NCBI GenBank assembly: GCA_039024555.1
Contig: JBCCQQ010000009.1
Location: 67,509 to 131,508 of the forward strand
Source: Cyanobacteria bacterium P01_D01_bin.156
GTDB lineage: Bacteria; Cyanobacteriota; Cyanobacteriia; Phormidesmidales; Phormidesmidaceae
Direction: 5' to 3'
DNA length: 64,000 nucleotides
A model generated the notes under the pieces. It was not told the origin of the DNA. It searched no databases and saw only the letters and a program-made list of their open reading frames with translations. Shown here one piece after another: positions 42,526 to 52,282 of the stretch. The position numbers and the translations under genes were made by a program. Position 1 is the first letter of the stretch; every line of letters begins with the position of its first letter.

Positions 42526-43743
42526 ATGGATACTAGAGCATTTCGCCGCAGTCTTAACCAATCTGATAACTATTACCGTAACCAGGGCTTTGGCGAAAAA
42601 GAACAAATCGCCACACAGATGGGAGAAGAGTACCAGAGTGAATTAGTCCAAACTATTCGAGATCAGGGTTACATCTACACCCAGGGCGATGTCACCATTA
42701 GGCTGGCAAAAGACTTTGGCTTTTGCTGGGGCGTAGAGCGTGCCATTGCTATGGCGTACGAAGCCAGACAGCACTTTCCTAGCCAGCGAATTTGGATCAC
42801 CAATGAAATCATTCATAACCCCGGTGTGAACTATCGTCTGGAAGAAATGAATGTCCAGTTTATTCAAGTAATTGATGGCGAAAAAGATTTTTCAGTGGTG
42901 GGTCAAGGCGATGTGGTGATTTTGCCTGCCTTTGGGGCTAGCGTTGATGAGATGAAGCTGCTGAGCGATCGCGGGTGCACCATTGTAGACACCACCTGTC
43001 CCTGGGTTTCTAAAGTGTGGACCACCGTTGAAAAACATAAAAAGCGAGCATTCACATCAATCATCCACGGTAAGTATAAGCACGAGGAGACGGTGGCTAC
43101 CAAGTCCTTTGCCGATACCTATCTGGTGGTGCTCAATCTTGAAGAAGCAAACTACGTAGCGGACTACATCCTCAACGGGGGCAGCCGTGACGACTTTCTT
43201 GCTAAGTTTGCCCATGCCTACTCTGAAGGGTTTGATCCAGATCGTGACCTTGAGGCCGTCGGTATTGCCAATCAAACGACAATGCTCAAAGGGGAAACCG
43301 AGCAAATCGGTAAGCTGCTTGAGCGCACTATGCTAAAGAAGTATGGTCCCCAGGCTATCAACGACCATTTTTCCAGCTTCAATACTATCTGTGATGCTAC
43401 TCAAGAGCGACAGGATGCCATGTTTGAGCTGGTAGATATGGAGATGGATTTAATGGTCGTGATTGGTGGTTTTAATTCCTCTAATACGACACACCTGCAA
43501 GAAATTGCCATTGAGCGAGGGATTCCGTCTTATCACATTGATGGGGTTGATCGCATTGGCCCTGGCAATCGCATTGAACATAAACCACTACATCAATCCA
43601 TAACAGTGTCTGAAAACTGGTTACCTGCTAAAAAGGTCGTTGTGGGTATTACCTCAGGGGCATCCACTCCAGACAAATCCGTAGCGCAAGTGATTCAGCG
43701 TATCTTCGAGTTACAGACCGCTATGTTAACCGTAGCGAATTAG
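42526..43743 (+). CDS. ispH: 4-hydroxy-3-methylbut-2-enyl diphosphate reductase
   Basis: [42 protein letters not shown]. Confidence 0.97.
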   Translation: MDTRAFRRSLNQSDNYYRNQGFGEKEQIATQMGEEYQSELVQTIRDQGYIYTQGDVTIRLAKDFGFCWGVERAIAMAYEARQHFPSQRIWITNEIIHNPGVNYRLEEMNVQFIQVIDGEKDFSVVGQGDVVILPAFGASVDEMKLLSDRGCTIVDTTCPWVSKVWTTVEKHKKRAFTSIIHGKYKHEETVATKSFADTYLVVLNLEEANYVADYILNGGSRDDFLAKFAHAYSEGFDPDRDLEAVGIANQTTMLKGETEQIGKLLERTMLKKYGPQAINDHFSSFNTICDATQERQDAMFELVDMEMDLMVVIGGFNSSNTTHLQEIAIERGIPSYHIDGVDRIGPGNRIEHKPLHQSITVSENWLPAKKVVVGITSGASTPDKSVAQVIQRIFELQTAMLTVAN

Positions 43744-43782
43744 TAGCGTGGTCTGTTTTCATGGATGTGATTTCTCAACCTC

Positions 43783-43824
43783 TTTCTCAGCCGTGCTTTA
43801 TCTACTAAAGCCCGGCTGAGAAAA
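43783..43824. terminator. Hairpin after ispH
   Basis: TTTCTCAGCCG.GCTTTA-tctac-TAAAGC.CGGCTGAGAAA. Confidence 0.7.
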
Positions 43825-44292
43825 GTAATGTCACTTCCTAACCTTTGTTATTTCTCAAACAAGGTAAGGGTATTTACCCTTATGCCGTGTATCTTTTCAG
43901 GAATACGTATATTTAGCCAAAAGCGTTCAGAGTGGCGGCTACTGGGCTATCCAACGTAAGATATATTACCAAATGAGGAGCGATAGCGTTAGACTCATAA
44001 TTCCTGAAACAGTTAGCGAAGATTCCCTACTTTACATTTCCTAGGAGTTTATCAGTACTACACAAAGGCCATTCTTAATTTGGGTAGACTCCGCACTTTT
44101 ACATAGATCAGATAGATAAGTCGCGAACGGTGGGCGTTGTACCCATGTCTGATTTGACACCTTCAGCACTTTAGTAATAGCTAACCATCGCTTCCGTAGA
44201 GGCACGGGTGCCACAGTATCCGAAAATCGTTGATCCTTTTAGGTAGATTTAGCTGACACCCTATAAAGTTCCTGATTGAGTCCTTGGTGACT

Positions 44293-45663
44293 ATGGTCCG
44301 TAAAGATATCCAGAATGCTCAACAAGTCCTATACGACTTTTTTCTCTGCAGTGTTCAGGCTGAACCTGTAGATATGGTTCTCGCAACATTCCGGCGTTTA
44401 TTTGTGGATTACACTGAGTCCTCCACCGAATCTGATCTACCGGTTGCGCTGTATTCGATTGTCATTGTCAACAGCGAAGAGCAGTTCTTATTTACCCTTA
44501 AACGGGTTTGCTACATCTTGATTAACAACTGGGGTATTCAGCGTCGCCCCGATGCGATTAAATCTCTGATTCAGATGTTTGATGATCGCACCCTCAAGCG
44601 GCCAGGTGTTTCCCTGATGCTGAAGCGGTTGCGTACCTGGATTCGCTCATTCATCCACAGTCAAGACTTTCAAGACTTGAAGCTGTTTGCCGCGCGCTAT
44701 GACCATACCCAACACTGGAGTGGTCGCTATACATCTTATTTGCTGGCTCCCCAATATCTCAATTTGGACAATCCGCTGGAACAGCGGGAAGCGGCTCGTC
44801 ATCTCTCTGCCCAGCTCAAGTCAAAGTTTCGTTTCGATTTGGCGATGTACACAGCCAAATCGCAGATGGAGTCTCCCCCAACCACTATTGATAACCCCAC
44901 GGTGTTGGGAGAAGGGGCAATTAACCTCATTAAGATGCTGTTACTGCAGCCGGGGCGCTTTGGTTATGACAATTTGGCGAATCTGCTGCGTCAGCAGTGC
45001 CCCCAGCTGGATTATCTAAACTTTAAGCGAGCGCTACTGCACTATTTAGCCTACGCTCTCCCGACGACCGCAGTGACGTTTTCGCTAAAGAAAAAACTGC
45101 CAGATGCTCTTTTGGGGCTATACAGTCACAACGATGCTCAAACCATTACTGAAGCGCTCACGTTACGCACCTGTAAACGGGTAATTGATAGTTTGACAAC
45201 GGAAGATGGTGAGCAGCCATCTCAGTTTTTCACCATGTTTTTAGCCCAGGGTAATCCTCTGATTTTGGTCATTCTTCTACTTAAACTGGCATTATTTTGT
45301 CCAAAGGTGCAGGCTCATTTGGAGCTGCGCATTGCCAGTCTGATTCGTTACTATGAGGCCTATTCTGAAGAGGATTGTCGTTGGGTAATCAACTTTTTTG
45401 AGGTATTTCGGATTACGTTTGCAGTGTACGCAAGCAGCACTCTCTACAACCTGGTTCAGGTCAGCCCCAGCGAGCCAAACTCTTCATTATTGAGCACCTA
45501 CCGCATATTTTCTCAACTGCGACAGCAGCATATTGCCCTAGATCAAGAGGGTGAGAATCACGAACTTGATCACCTTGAGCCACAGTTTGTGCAGGAAGAA
45601 ACCGCACCAGTTATGCCGCCTTCTTTAGAAGCGGGTCGATTTTCTCCCGCGATCGCAAGCTAG
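44293..45663 (+). CDS. Hypothetical helical protein of unknown function
   Basis: 456-aa ORF with normal composition; motifs YILINNW, RYTSYLL, EQREAAR, FDLAMYT, NPTVLG; no family recognised. Confidence 0.8.
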   Translation: MVRKDIQNAQQVLYDFFLCSVQAEPVDMVLATFRRLFVDYTESSTESDLPVALYSIVIVNSEEQFLFTLKRVCYILINNWGIQRRPDAIKSLIQMFDDRTLKRPGVSLMLKRLRTWIRSFIHSQDFQDLKLFAARYDHTQHWSGRYTSYLLAPQYLNLDNPLEQREAARHLSAQLKSKFRFDLAMYTAKSQMESPPTTIDNPTVLGEGAINLIKMLLLQPGRFGYDNLANLLRQQCPQLDYLNFKRALLHYLAYALPTTAVTFSLKKKLPDALLGLYSHNDAQTITEALTLRTCKRVIDSLTTEDGEQPSQFFTMFLAQGNPLILVILLLKLALFCPKVQAHLELRIASLIRYYEAYSEEDCRWVINFFEVFRITFAVYASSTLYNLVQVSPSEPNSSLLSTYRIFSQLRQQHIALDQEGENHELDHLEPQFVQEETAPVMPPSLEAGRFSPAIAS

Positions 45664-46460
45664 TCTTGCTGACGGGCAAACTGGGAGGCACCATTGATAG
45701 ATAGTGCGATCGCAACGATGAGTAAAATCGGGATCGAATACCAGGGAAATTGGTCTAAGGGCTGATAAGCAGCTGCTCTGAGACCCACCGTGGTGTACGT
45801 CAGCGGTAGCAAATATACGATGCCCTTCAGTAGAGATGGCAACGTAGACGGATCAAAAAACGTGCCCCCTAAAAACGACATGGGCACAATCAAAAAGTTA
45901 TTAAATAGTCCCACACTTTCTAACGACTTAACATTCAGGCCAACAATCACGCCCAAGCCTGCAAATACAGCACAGTTTAAGACCAGTAGCAGCAAGAATA
46001 ATGGGTTCAGAAAGCTCCAGACATCGTGGGTGAACAGCACCGCCACTAAAATAACTGAGCCTGCTGTCAGTAAGCCCCTGACAACACCCGCCAGCATTTT
46101 CCCCAGATGTATTGCCAAGGGATGGATAGGAAATAGCAGCATTTCCTCAAAGTTTTTAGTAAACAGTCGTTCTCCACAAATCGAAAACGTGGTGCCACCA
46201 AAGCTAATCACCATAGAAGACAGCGCTACCATCCCTGGCAGGATGAATTCCAAATAGCTGTCGCCTACCGCTGGTGGGGCAACGCGATCAATAGAGCTAC
46301 CTAAGCCCAAGCCAAATGCCAATATATAAATGAGAGGAGATACTAAGCCAGATGCGGCAACTTGAGGAATGCGTACCCGCAAGTCTAGCCAGTCTCCCCA
46401 AAAAATTGTCAACGTATCTGCCAAAAGTGTACGTAACGTGTAGATTCTTAAAATTTTCAC
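45660..46460 (-). CDS. ABC-2 type transporter permease
   Basis: Six TM segments, YLEFILPG, PMSFLGGTFF, LPLTY; no ATPase gene adjacent. Confidence 0.88.
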   Translation of the reverse strand: MKILRIYTLRTLLADTLTIFWGDWLDLRVRIPQVAASGLVSPLIYILAFGLGLGSSIDRVAPPAVGDSYLEFILPGMVALSSMVISFGGTTFSICGERLFTKNFEEMLLFPIHPLAIHLGKMLAGVVRGLLTAGSVILVAVLFTHDVWSFLNPLFLLLLVLNCAVFAGLGVIVGLNVKSLESVGLFNNFLIVPMSFLGGTFFDPSTLPSLLKGIVYLLPLTYTTVGLRAAAYQPLDQFPWYSIPILLIVAIALSINGASQFARQQD

Positions 46461-46648
46461 ATCAGATAATTATTAAAACTATCTGTATTATCGACGCCAA
46501 CGGTCTCCTTGACCCCACATTCTAAGAAACCGCTGACCTATTTTCCCGAAAACTCTGAAGAACTATTACGCTTCCTCACAAACAATATAAATATCGTCAT
46601 GCGCGGTGATAGATTTAGGAGCGATAAGGTTGAGAGATAATATTTTCC

Positions 46649-47077
46649 ATGTCTGAAGAAATTACTGGCAAAACTCCGATCTTTGGTGGCAGCACAGGTG
46701 GCCTCCTATCCGCCGCTGAGCGTGAAGAAAAGTATGTGATCACTTGGAGCAGCAAGAAGGAGCAAGCCTTCGAAATGCCCACAGGTGGTGTCGCCATCAT
46801 GCATGAAGGTGAGAACATGATGTACTTTGCTCGTAAAGAGCAGTGTCTAGCTCTCAGCCGTCAACTTAAAACTAAGTTTAAGCCCAGAATTACTGACTAT
46901 AAGATCTATCGCGTTTTCCCCAGCGGTGAAACTGTTTATCTGCATCCTGCTGATGGTGTTGTGCCTGAGAAGGTTAACGAAGGTCGTGAGTACAACGGCA
47001 AGAAAGACCGTAGTATTGGCCAGAATCCTGACCCCGCAACCATTAAGTTCAGTGGTAAGCAGCCCTACGAAGTTTAA
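46649..47077 (+). CDS. psaD: Photosystem I reaction centre subunit II
   Basis: [34 protein letters not shown]. Confidence 0.98.
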   Translation: MSEEITGKTPIFGGSTGGLLSAAEREEKYVITWSSKKEQAFEMPTGGVAIMHEGENMMYFARKEQCLALSRQLKTKFKPRITDYKIYRVFPSGETVYLHPADGVVPEKVNEGREYNGKKDRSIGQNPDPATIKFSGKQPYEV

Positions 47078-47132
47078 GTGCGTTTGAGACCTTTACGGTC
47101 GCTGTAATCGCATAAAAATCACTACGGTTTTG

Positions 47133-47162
47133 AGAGGTAGTCCTTAGGGCTACCTCTTTTTA
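47133..47162 (+). terminator. Intrinsic terminator after psaD
   Basis: AGAGGTAGTCC-tta-GGGCTACCTCT followed by a T-tract. Confidence 0.85.
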
Positions 47163-47233
47163 ATAGCAACTCTTTTTCTCAGTCGTAGCCCTAGGCATTA
47201 AAGTTGGATAGGGTTTTCCATACCGTCCGCTCC

Positions 47234-48760
47234 ATGATTTCTCCCGATTTAGCTACGTTTAAGCAACTTGCTACCCAAGGTAACTTTGTGCCGGTTTACC
47301 AGGAATGGGTAGCCGACTTGGATACGCCTGTCTCTGCTTGGTGCAAGGTATGCGAAGGTCAACCCTACAGCTTTTTGCTGGAGTCGGTGGAAGGGGGTGA
47401 AAATATTGGACGTTACAGCCTTTTGGGCTGCGATCCTCTATGGACGCTTGAGTCTAGGGGCGAAACTACTACTCAACGGTTTCGAGATGGTCAGGAGCAA
47501 ACCTTTGAAGGTAATCCCTTTGAAATCTTGGCTGACTGCCTGGCCCCTTACAGCCCCGTTAAACTGCCTGAACTGCCACCAGGTATTGGCGGATTATTTG
47601 GTTTTTGGGGCTATGAGCTGATTAAGTGGATTGAGCCGACGGTCACCACCTATCCAGCTGATGTGGACGAGCTACCTGATGGACTGTGGATGCAGGTGGA
47701 TAGCTTGCTGATATTCGATCAAGTAAAGCGTAAAATCTGGGCGGTTAGCTATGCTGACCTGCGGGAGACTGGCGTAGAGCAGGCGTATCAAAAAAGCTGC
47801 GATCGCATTACCAGTTTAGTGAAGAAACTCAACCTGCCTTTGGCGAGTCAAGATAGTCGCTTATCTTGGACGCCGCCAGATAGCAATCAAGACGTTTCGC
47901 TCAATTACACTAGCAACCGTAGCAAAAACGAATTTTGTCAAAGTGTCGAAACCGCCAAAGACCACATCAAGGCAGGCGATATTTTTCAGGTGGTCATTTC
48001 CCAACGGTTAACCACAGACTATAGCGGTAATCCCTTCGATTTATACCGTTCGCTTAGGCTGGTTAATCCTTCACCCTACATGGCCTACTTTAACTTTAAC
48101 GACTGGCAAATTATTGGCTCCAGTCCAGAAGTAATGGTCAAGGCCACCCGCGAAGGAGAGAGTGACAAACTGACTGCCATTGTACGTCCCATTGCGGGGA
48201 CGCGCCCCAGAGGGAAAACTACGGCGGAAGATGACGCCTACGCTGAAGATTTGCTTGCCGATCCAAAAGAAATTGCTGAGCACGTCATGCTAGTTGATCT
48301 AGGTCGTAATGATTTAGGTCGTGTATGTACCAGTGGCACGGTGAGCGTGGATGAACTGATGATCATCGAACGCTATTCCCATGTAATGCACATCGTTAGC
48401 AATGTTGTGGGTGAATTGGCTCCTAGTAAAACCGCCTGGGATTTACTCAAAGCCTGTTTTCCAGCAGGCACTGTGAGTGGTGCACCCAAAATTCGCGCTA
48501 TGCAGATTATCAATGATTTAGAACCCTGTCGTCGTGGCCCCTATTCTGGTGTGTATGGCTACTACGATTTTGAAGGTCAGCTCAACAGTGCCATTACTAT
48601 TCGCACCATGGTCGTAGAAAGCAAGGATGACGGCAGCCATCGCATTAGTGTGCAAGCTGGAGCTGGTTTAGTAGCCGATTCTGTCCCTGAGAGTGAGTAT
48701 CAAGAAACCCTGAACAAGGCTAAGGCTATGTTGGAAGCCGTGAGATGCCTTAAGGTCTAA
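47234..48760 (+). CDS. trpE: Anthranilate synthase component I
   Basis: DLDTPVSA, LLESVEGG, GDIFQVV, NPSPY, PIAGTR, EHVMLVDLGRND, GTVSGAPK. Confidence 0.96.
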   Translation: MISPDLATFKQLATQGNFVPVYQEWVADLDTPVSAWCKVCEGQPYSFLLESVEGGENIGRYSLLGCDPLWTLESRGETTTQRFRDGQEQTFEGNPFEILADCLAPYSPVKLPELPPGIGGLFGFWGYELIKWIEPTVTTYPADVDELPDGLWMQVDSLLIFDQVKRKIWAVSYADLRETGVEQAYQKSCDRITSLVKKLNLPLASQDSRLSWTPPDSNQDVSLNYTSNRSKNEFCQSVETAKDHIKAGDIFQVVISQRLTTDYSGNPFDLYRSLRLVNPSPYMAYFNFNDWQIIGSSPEVMVKATREGESDKLTAIVRPIAGTRPRGKTTAEDDAYAEDLLADPKEIAEHVMLVDLGRNDLGRVCTSGTVSVDELMIIERYSHVMHIVSNVVGELAPSKTAWDLLKACFPAGTVSGAPKIRAMQIINDLEPCRRGPYSGVYGYYDFEGQLNSAITIRTMVVESKDDGSHRISVQAGAGLVADSVPESEYQETLNKAKAMLEAVRCLKV

Positions 48761-48902
48761 AAACAGCCTCTTTGAAGAGCTAATCTGAAATCTCTACTAA
48801 TGTTTTGAGCTCTTAGGCTAGGTGTGAATTACTGCCTTGCTTTTAGTTTATAGATTTATAGGGATCATCAGGTTATTGTCTGAATAAGGCTTAAAAATTG
48901 CT

Positions 48903-48940
48903 ATTAAAATAGGGTGCAGTTATTTCTAACTACACCCTGT
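48903..48940 (-). terminator. Minus-strand intrinsic terminator in the trpE/ROK kinase intergenic region
   Basis: Minus strand AGGGTGTAGTTA-GAAA-TAACTGCACCCT-ATTTT. The G-U wobble, GNRA loop and U-tract work only on the minus strand. Confidence 0.7.
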
Positions 48941-49195
48941 TCAATTTGGCAAAACTCAAAAACAATCGCTAGTCTGCTGTTAATTTGGTTGAAGAATTTA
49001 ATGGGACTATCTTACTAAGGGTTTACGGTTCAAATTTGCTACTTGCCTTATATCGATTGAGATTTGGCTGTTAGTTTCAATTAGCTGAAATAACGTATGC
49101 CCTAGTTAGACGTATAGCTAAATTTGAGATTAGGTTTAGGGATTAACTCTCAGGAATAAGCTGTCGTTCCTGATTGCTATTCAGTTGTTTCAATA
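48903..49195 (-). ncRNA. Candidate NtcA-regulated small RNA (NsrR1-like, tentative)
   Basis: ORF-free interval bounded by a perfect NtcA box with overlapping TACATT -10 and a minus-strand terminator; contains CAGCTAATTGAAACTAACAGCCAAA. Confidence 0.4.
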
Positions 49196-49202
49196 AATTT
49201 AA

Positions 49203-49218
49203 TGTAGCACTAGATACA
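49203..49218. promoter_or_regulatory. NtcA binding site with no adjacent gene start
   Basis: TGTA-GCACTAGA-TACA, perfect TGTA-N8-TACA, between two convergent genes. Confidence 0.7.
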
Positions 49219-49358
49219 TCCCTTATTGGCTCTGATTTACTCAAATTTACAACCGTTTAAATAAGTCTTTGCTTGATCATCCTTATCCACTTTTTAAATA
49301 TTTTTAGGGAGAGGTTGTAACGTTTTTGACTTGTTTTCGAGTGTGAATTTTTTATCGC

Positions 49359-50243
49359 TTAACTAATATGATTCAGTGCGAGTTTAGCAGCGCCTACAAT
49401 GCCAGCTTGGTTGCCTAGAGTGGCGGTCAGTAGTTTAAGGGAGTTGCGATACCGTGGCCGAATCCGGCGTTCAATCTCGGCTTGGGTGCTGTCTAAAAAG
49501 TAGGGTGCGGCAGCGCTGATGCCGCCGCCGATAATGACAGCCTCTGGGCTGAGTACGTAAATAGAACTTACGAGGCCAATGGCCAGTAGCTCACCGTAGT
49601 GCTGCCAAAAGTTCAGTGCTTTGGTGTGTCCGGTGGCGGCTAATTCAGCTAACTTTCCGGGTTCCATGCTCATTTCTCGACGAATAGCCTGGGCAGAGAC
49701 ATGCTGTTCTAAGGAGCCATGGTTACCGCTTTGGCATTCGTGGCCGTTAGGGTTGAGGGTGACTAGGCCCAGCTCTCCAGCGCTACCGTCGTGGCCGACG
49801 TAGAGTTTGCCATTGAGGATAATGCAGCCACCAACCCCAGTGCCCAGGGTTAGCAAAATCAGATTTTGATACTGGCTGCCAGCCCCTAGCCACGCCTCAC
49901 CTAAGCCAGCGCAGTTGGCATCGTTTGCTACGACCACTGATCGGTTAGTTTTGGCTTCGAGGATATCTGCGACAGGTACATCTATCCAGTCGGGTAGGTT
50001 AATGGCGATGCGGGCGATGCGGGCCGTAATGTCGGTAGGTCCAGGGGTGCCGATGCCGATGGCGGTTGCCTGGTGCTCTGGATCTAGGGATGCGATCTCA
50101 GCTGCTACTGCTGTCAAAACGAGTTCTGGATGCTGTGGTTGAGGTGTGGGCACCGTCACAGAGGCTAAACATTCACCTGTTGATGTGAAACGCCCTAGCT
50201 TAAGAGCGGTACCCCCTACATCCACACCGATGACCTGTTTCAT
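49359..50243 (-). CDS. ROK family sugar kinase (glucokinase-like)
   Basis: MKQVIGVDVGGT, GIGTPGP, ANDANCAGLGE, LGTGVGG, GELG, C.SGNHGSLE; ATG 4 nt after the stpA stop. Confidence 0.9.
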   Translation of the reverse strand: MKQVIGVDVGGTALKLGRFTSTGECLASVTVPTPQPQHPELVLTAVAAEIASLDPEHQATAIGIGTPGPTDITARIARIAINLPDWIDVPVADILEAKTNRSVVVANDANCAGLGEAWLGAGSQYQNLILLTLGTGVGGCIILNGKLYVGHDGSAGELGLVTLNPNGHECQSGNHGSLEQHVSAQAIRREMSMEPGKLAELAATGHTKALNFWQHYGELLAIGLVSSIYVLSPEAVIIGGGISAAAPYFLDSTQAEIERRIRPRYRNSLKLLTATLGNQAGIVGAAKLALNHIS

Positions 50244-50247
50244 GGGA

Positions 50248-51516
50248 TTACTGACGTCCTCGCAGGGATGCACCAGTCTGAAATGCGGCGCAATACCGTT
50301 CGTGGCCGCCAGGGAAAACAACATTTAGTGTGAGCGGATCGCTGCTATCTCTGGGGTCCCCAGGTCCCTGGGTGACAATGTTGTTCTCTACTTGTATGGC
50401 GCGACGGTTTTTGAGCTCACCACCGCTGCTGTCGACATAGACCACTAGGTTGCCGCTATCAAATGCCTGACCTAAGTTTTGGATGAGTTGGAGAAAGTTG
50501 CGATCGCTGCCCCCCCGCTTAAATGTTATGGTTCTCTCCTCGGTTTCCACAGCCTGGCTGGTGACCGTATCTCCGACACCGATAATCAACGGCATATGAG
50601 CTGGGTCAAAGTCTTGTTTCACTAGGGTCAGCATATCTTTCATGGTGCGAGGAGCCTGGCGAGCATTAAAACCAATGCCTAACGGATGCACGCCTGTTTT
50701 TTCAAAGTAATAGCGATTGAGTAGGGCCAGCACTCCTGCTTCTTTAATGGCACCCCGCAGCATAAATTGGAAATCTGTTGTCCCCGATGTGGCTGCATCT
50801 GCCCACCAAACAACTTCATCGTTATTGTTGTTTCGACCCAGATTGGGGGCGTAATGGACAAAGAAAGAATCACCTAATCCCTGATGTTTAGCATCCTCTA
50901 GTAGCTGCTCCGTTAACGCCTTCATTTGCTCCTGGAGCTGACGATAGATCTCTGGATTGTTTAGCGTTTCGTAGAACGTGTTGAGATTCGCAGTCGGTGA
51001 AGCCACATTGTCTAGCACTGAAGCATTGATGCAGTGGGTGAGTGTGTCTGGTGATAAGCCATGGTCAACAGTGGCTAAGAACTCTTGTAACCGAGTCTCG
51101 ATGCGAGCAGGTACCGACTTTAGAAATGTGAGTTCGGCATCGCTAACGCCAGGATGGCTTAGCTGGCCATGGCGGTCTTGCCATTGGATACCGCCTGCGG
51201 CAAGGCCGGGCAGATGTCGATTGCCAATGTCTGCTCCTAAGCTATTGGCGACAATCGTATTTACCCCACGTTTCCCGATATGTTCGCCGTTGGTGAGTAC
51301 AAAAAAGTGACCATCGTATGCAGTTACGGCTTCTACATAGCAAGGATCGATTTTACGATTGAGGGGATCTTTTACCAGGCCCATGCAAACGCCGTCTAGG
51401 TCCTGAATGATCAGTAAATTTTCTGTACTGGCAAGTATCTGGGTAAAGGCTTGGTGATCCAGGGAAAACGTTTGCTGATGCAGGGGTTTCTCGGTTTCAG
51501 TACTGGGGCTGGTCAT
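50248..51516 (-). CDS. stpA: Glucosylglycerol-3-phosphate phosphatase (StpA/GgpP)
   Basis: LLIIQDLDGVCMGLVKDPL, VLTNGEH, HYAPNLG, GTTDFQFML, VGDTVTS, RGGSDR, VDSSGGE. Confidence 0.92.
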   Translation of the reverse strand: MTSPSTETEKPLHQQTFSLDHQAFTQILASTENLLIIQDLDGVCMGLVKDPLNRKIDPCYVEAVTAYDGHFFVLTNGEHIGKRGVNTIVANSLGADIGNRHLPGLAAGGIQWQDRHGQLSHPGVSDAELTFLKSVPARIETRLQEFLATVDHGLSPDTLTHCINASVLDNVASPTANLNTFYETLNNPEIYRQLQEQMKALTEQLLEDAKHQGLGDSFFVHYAPNLGRNNNNDEVVWWADAATSGTTDFQFMLRGAIKEAGVLALLNRYYFEKTGVHPLGIGFNARQAPRTMKDMLTLVKQDFDPAHMPLIIGVGDTVTSQAVETEERTITFKRGGSDRNFLQLIQNLGQAFDSGNLVVYVDSSGGELKNRRAIQVENNIVTQGPGDPRDSSDPLTLNVVFPGGHERYCAAFQTGASLRGRQ

Positions 51517-51626
51517 AGAACCTCTGTTAAGAGACATCGCCATCTTCGTAAAATTACCGTAACACTTGTAACGATATCCGCTACCATAGCTTTTGCAGTA
51601 GCGAGTCAGTAGTAGGGGCTCGACCT

Positions 51627-52262
51627 ATGGCTACAATTTATACACTCCATCCGCAGACGCCTCAGGCTTTCAAAATCGATAAAATCCGTAAGCAGCTGCA
51701 AAGTGGCGCGATCATGCTCTACGCCACAGATACGGTGTATGCCATTGGTTGTGACTTGCTTTCTAAAAGTGCGATTAAGCGGGTGCGGCAGCTGAAAAAG
51801 TTATCTAACGATAAGCCGCTTACATTTTTGTGTTCGTCGCTGTCGAATATTGCTCAGTATGCCTATGTGAGTGATCCCGCCTATCGAATGATGCGGCACT
51901 TGGTGCCGGGACCCTATACGTTTATTTTGCCTGCCACGAAGTTGGTCCCCAAGCTGGTGATGAATCCGAAGCGGAAGACGACGGGAATTCGGGTGCCAGA
52001 TAGTTCGGTATGTCAGGCCCTGTTACAAAGCTTAGGGAATCCGATTATTTCCACATCGGCTCATACGAGAGATATGGATGAGGCATATTTTTCCCGGTAT
52101 GAGCTGTTTGATGCGTTGGAAAAACAGGTAGATATCATCATTGATAGTGAGGTAGACCCTAGCTATCTAGCATCCACGATTTTGGATATGACGGATGATG
52201 AGCCAAAAATTATTCGTAAGGGTTTAGGCTTTGATGCAGTGGAAGATTTTGCGGTGAGTTAA
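51627..52262 (+). CDS. Sua5/YciO/YrdC family (L-threonylcarbamoyladenylate synthase-like) protein
   Basis: TDTVYAIGC, PGPYTFIL, GIRVP, IISTSA. Confidence 0.9.
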   Translation: MATIYTLHPQTPQAFKIDKIRKQLQSGAIMLYATDTVYAIGCDLLSKSAIKRVRQLKKLSNDKPLTFLCSSLSNIAQYAYVSDPAYRMMRHLVPGPYTFILPATKLVPKLVMNPKRKTTGIRVPDSSVCQALLQSLGNPIISTSAHTRDMDEAYFSRYELFDALEKQVDIIIDSEVDPSYLASTILDMTDDEPKIIRKGLGFDAVEDFAVS

Positions 52263-52282
52263 GAGTAAAAAGATATTTCCCC

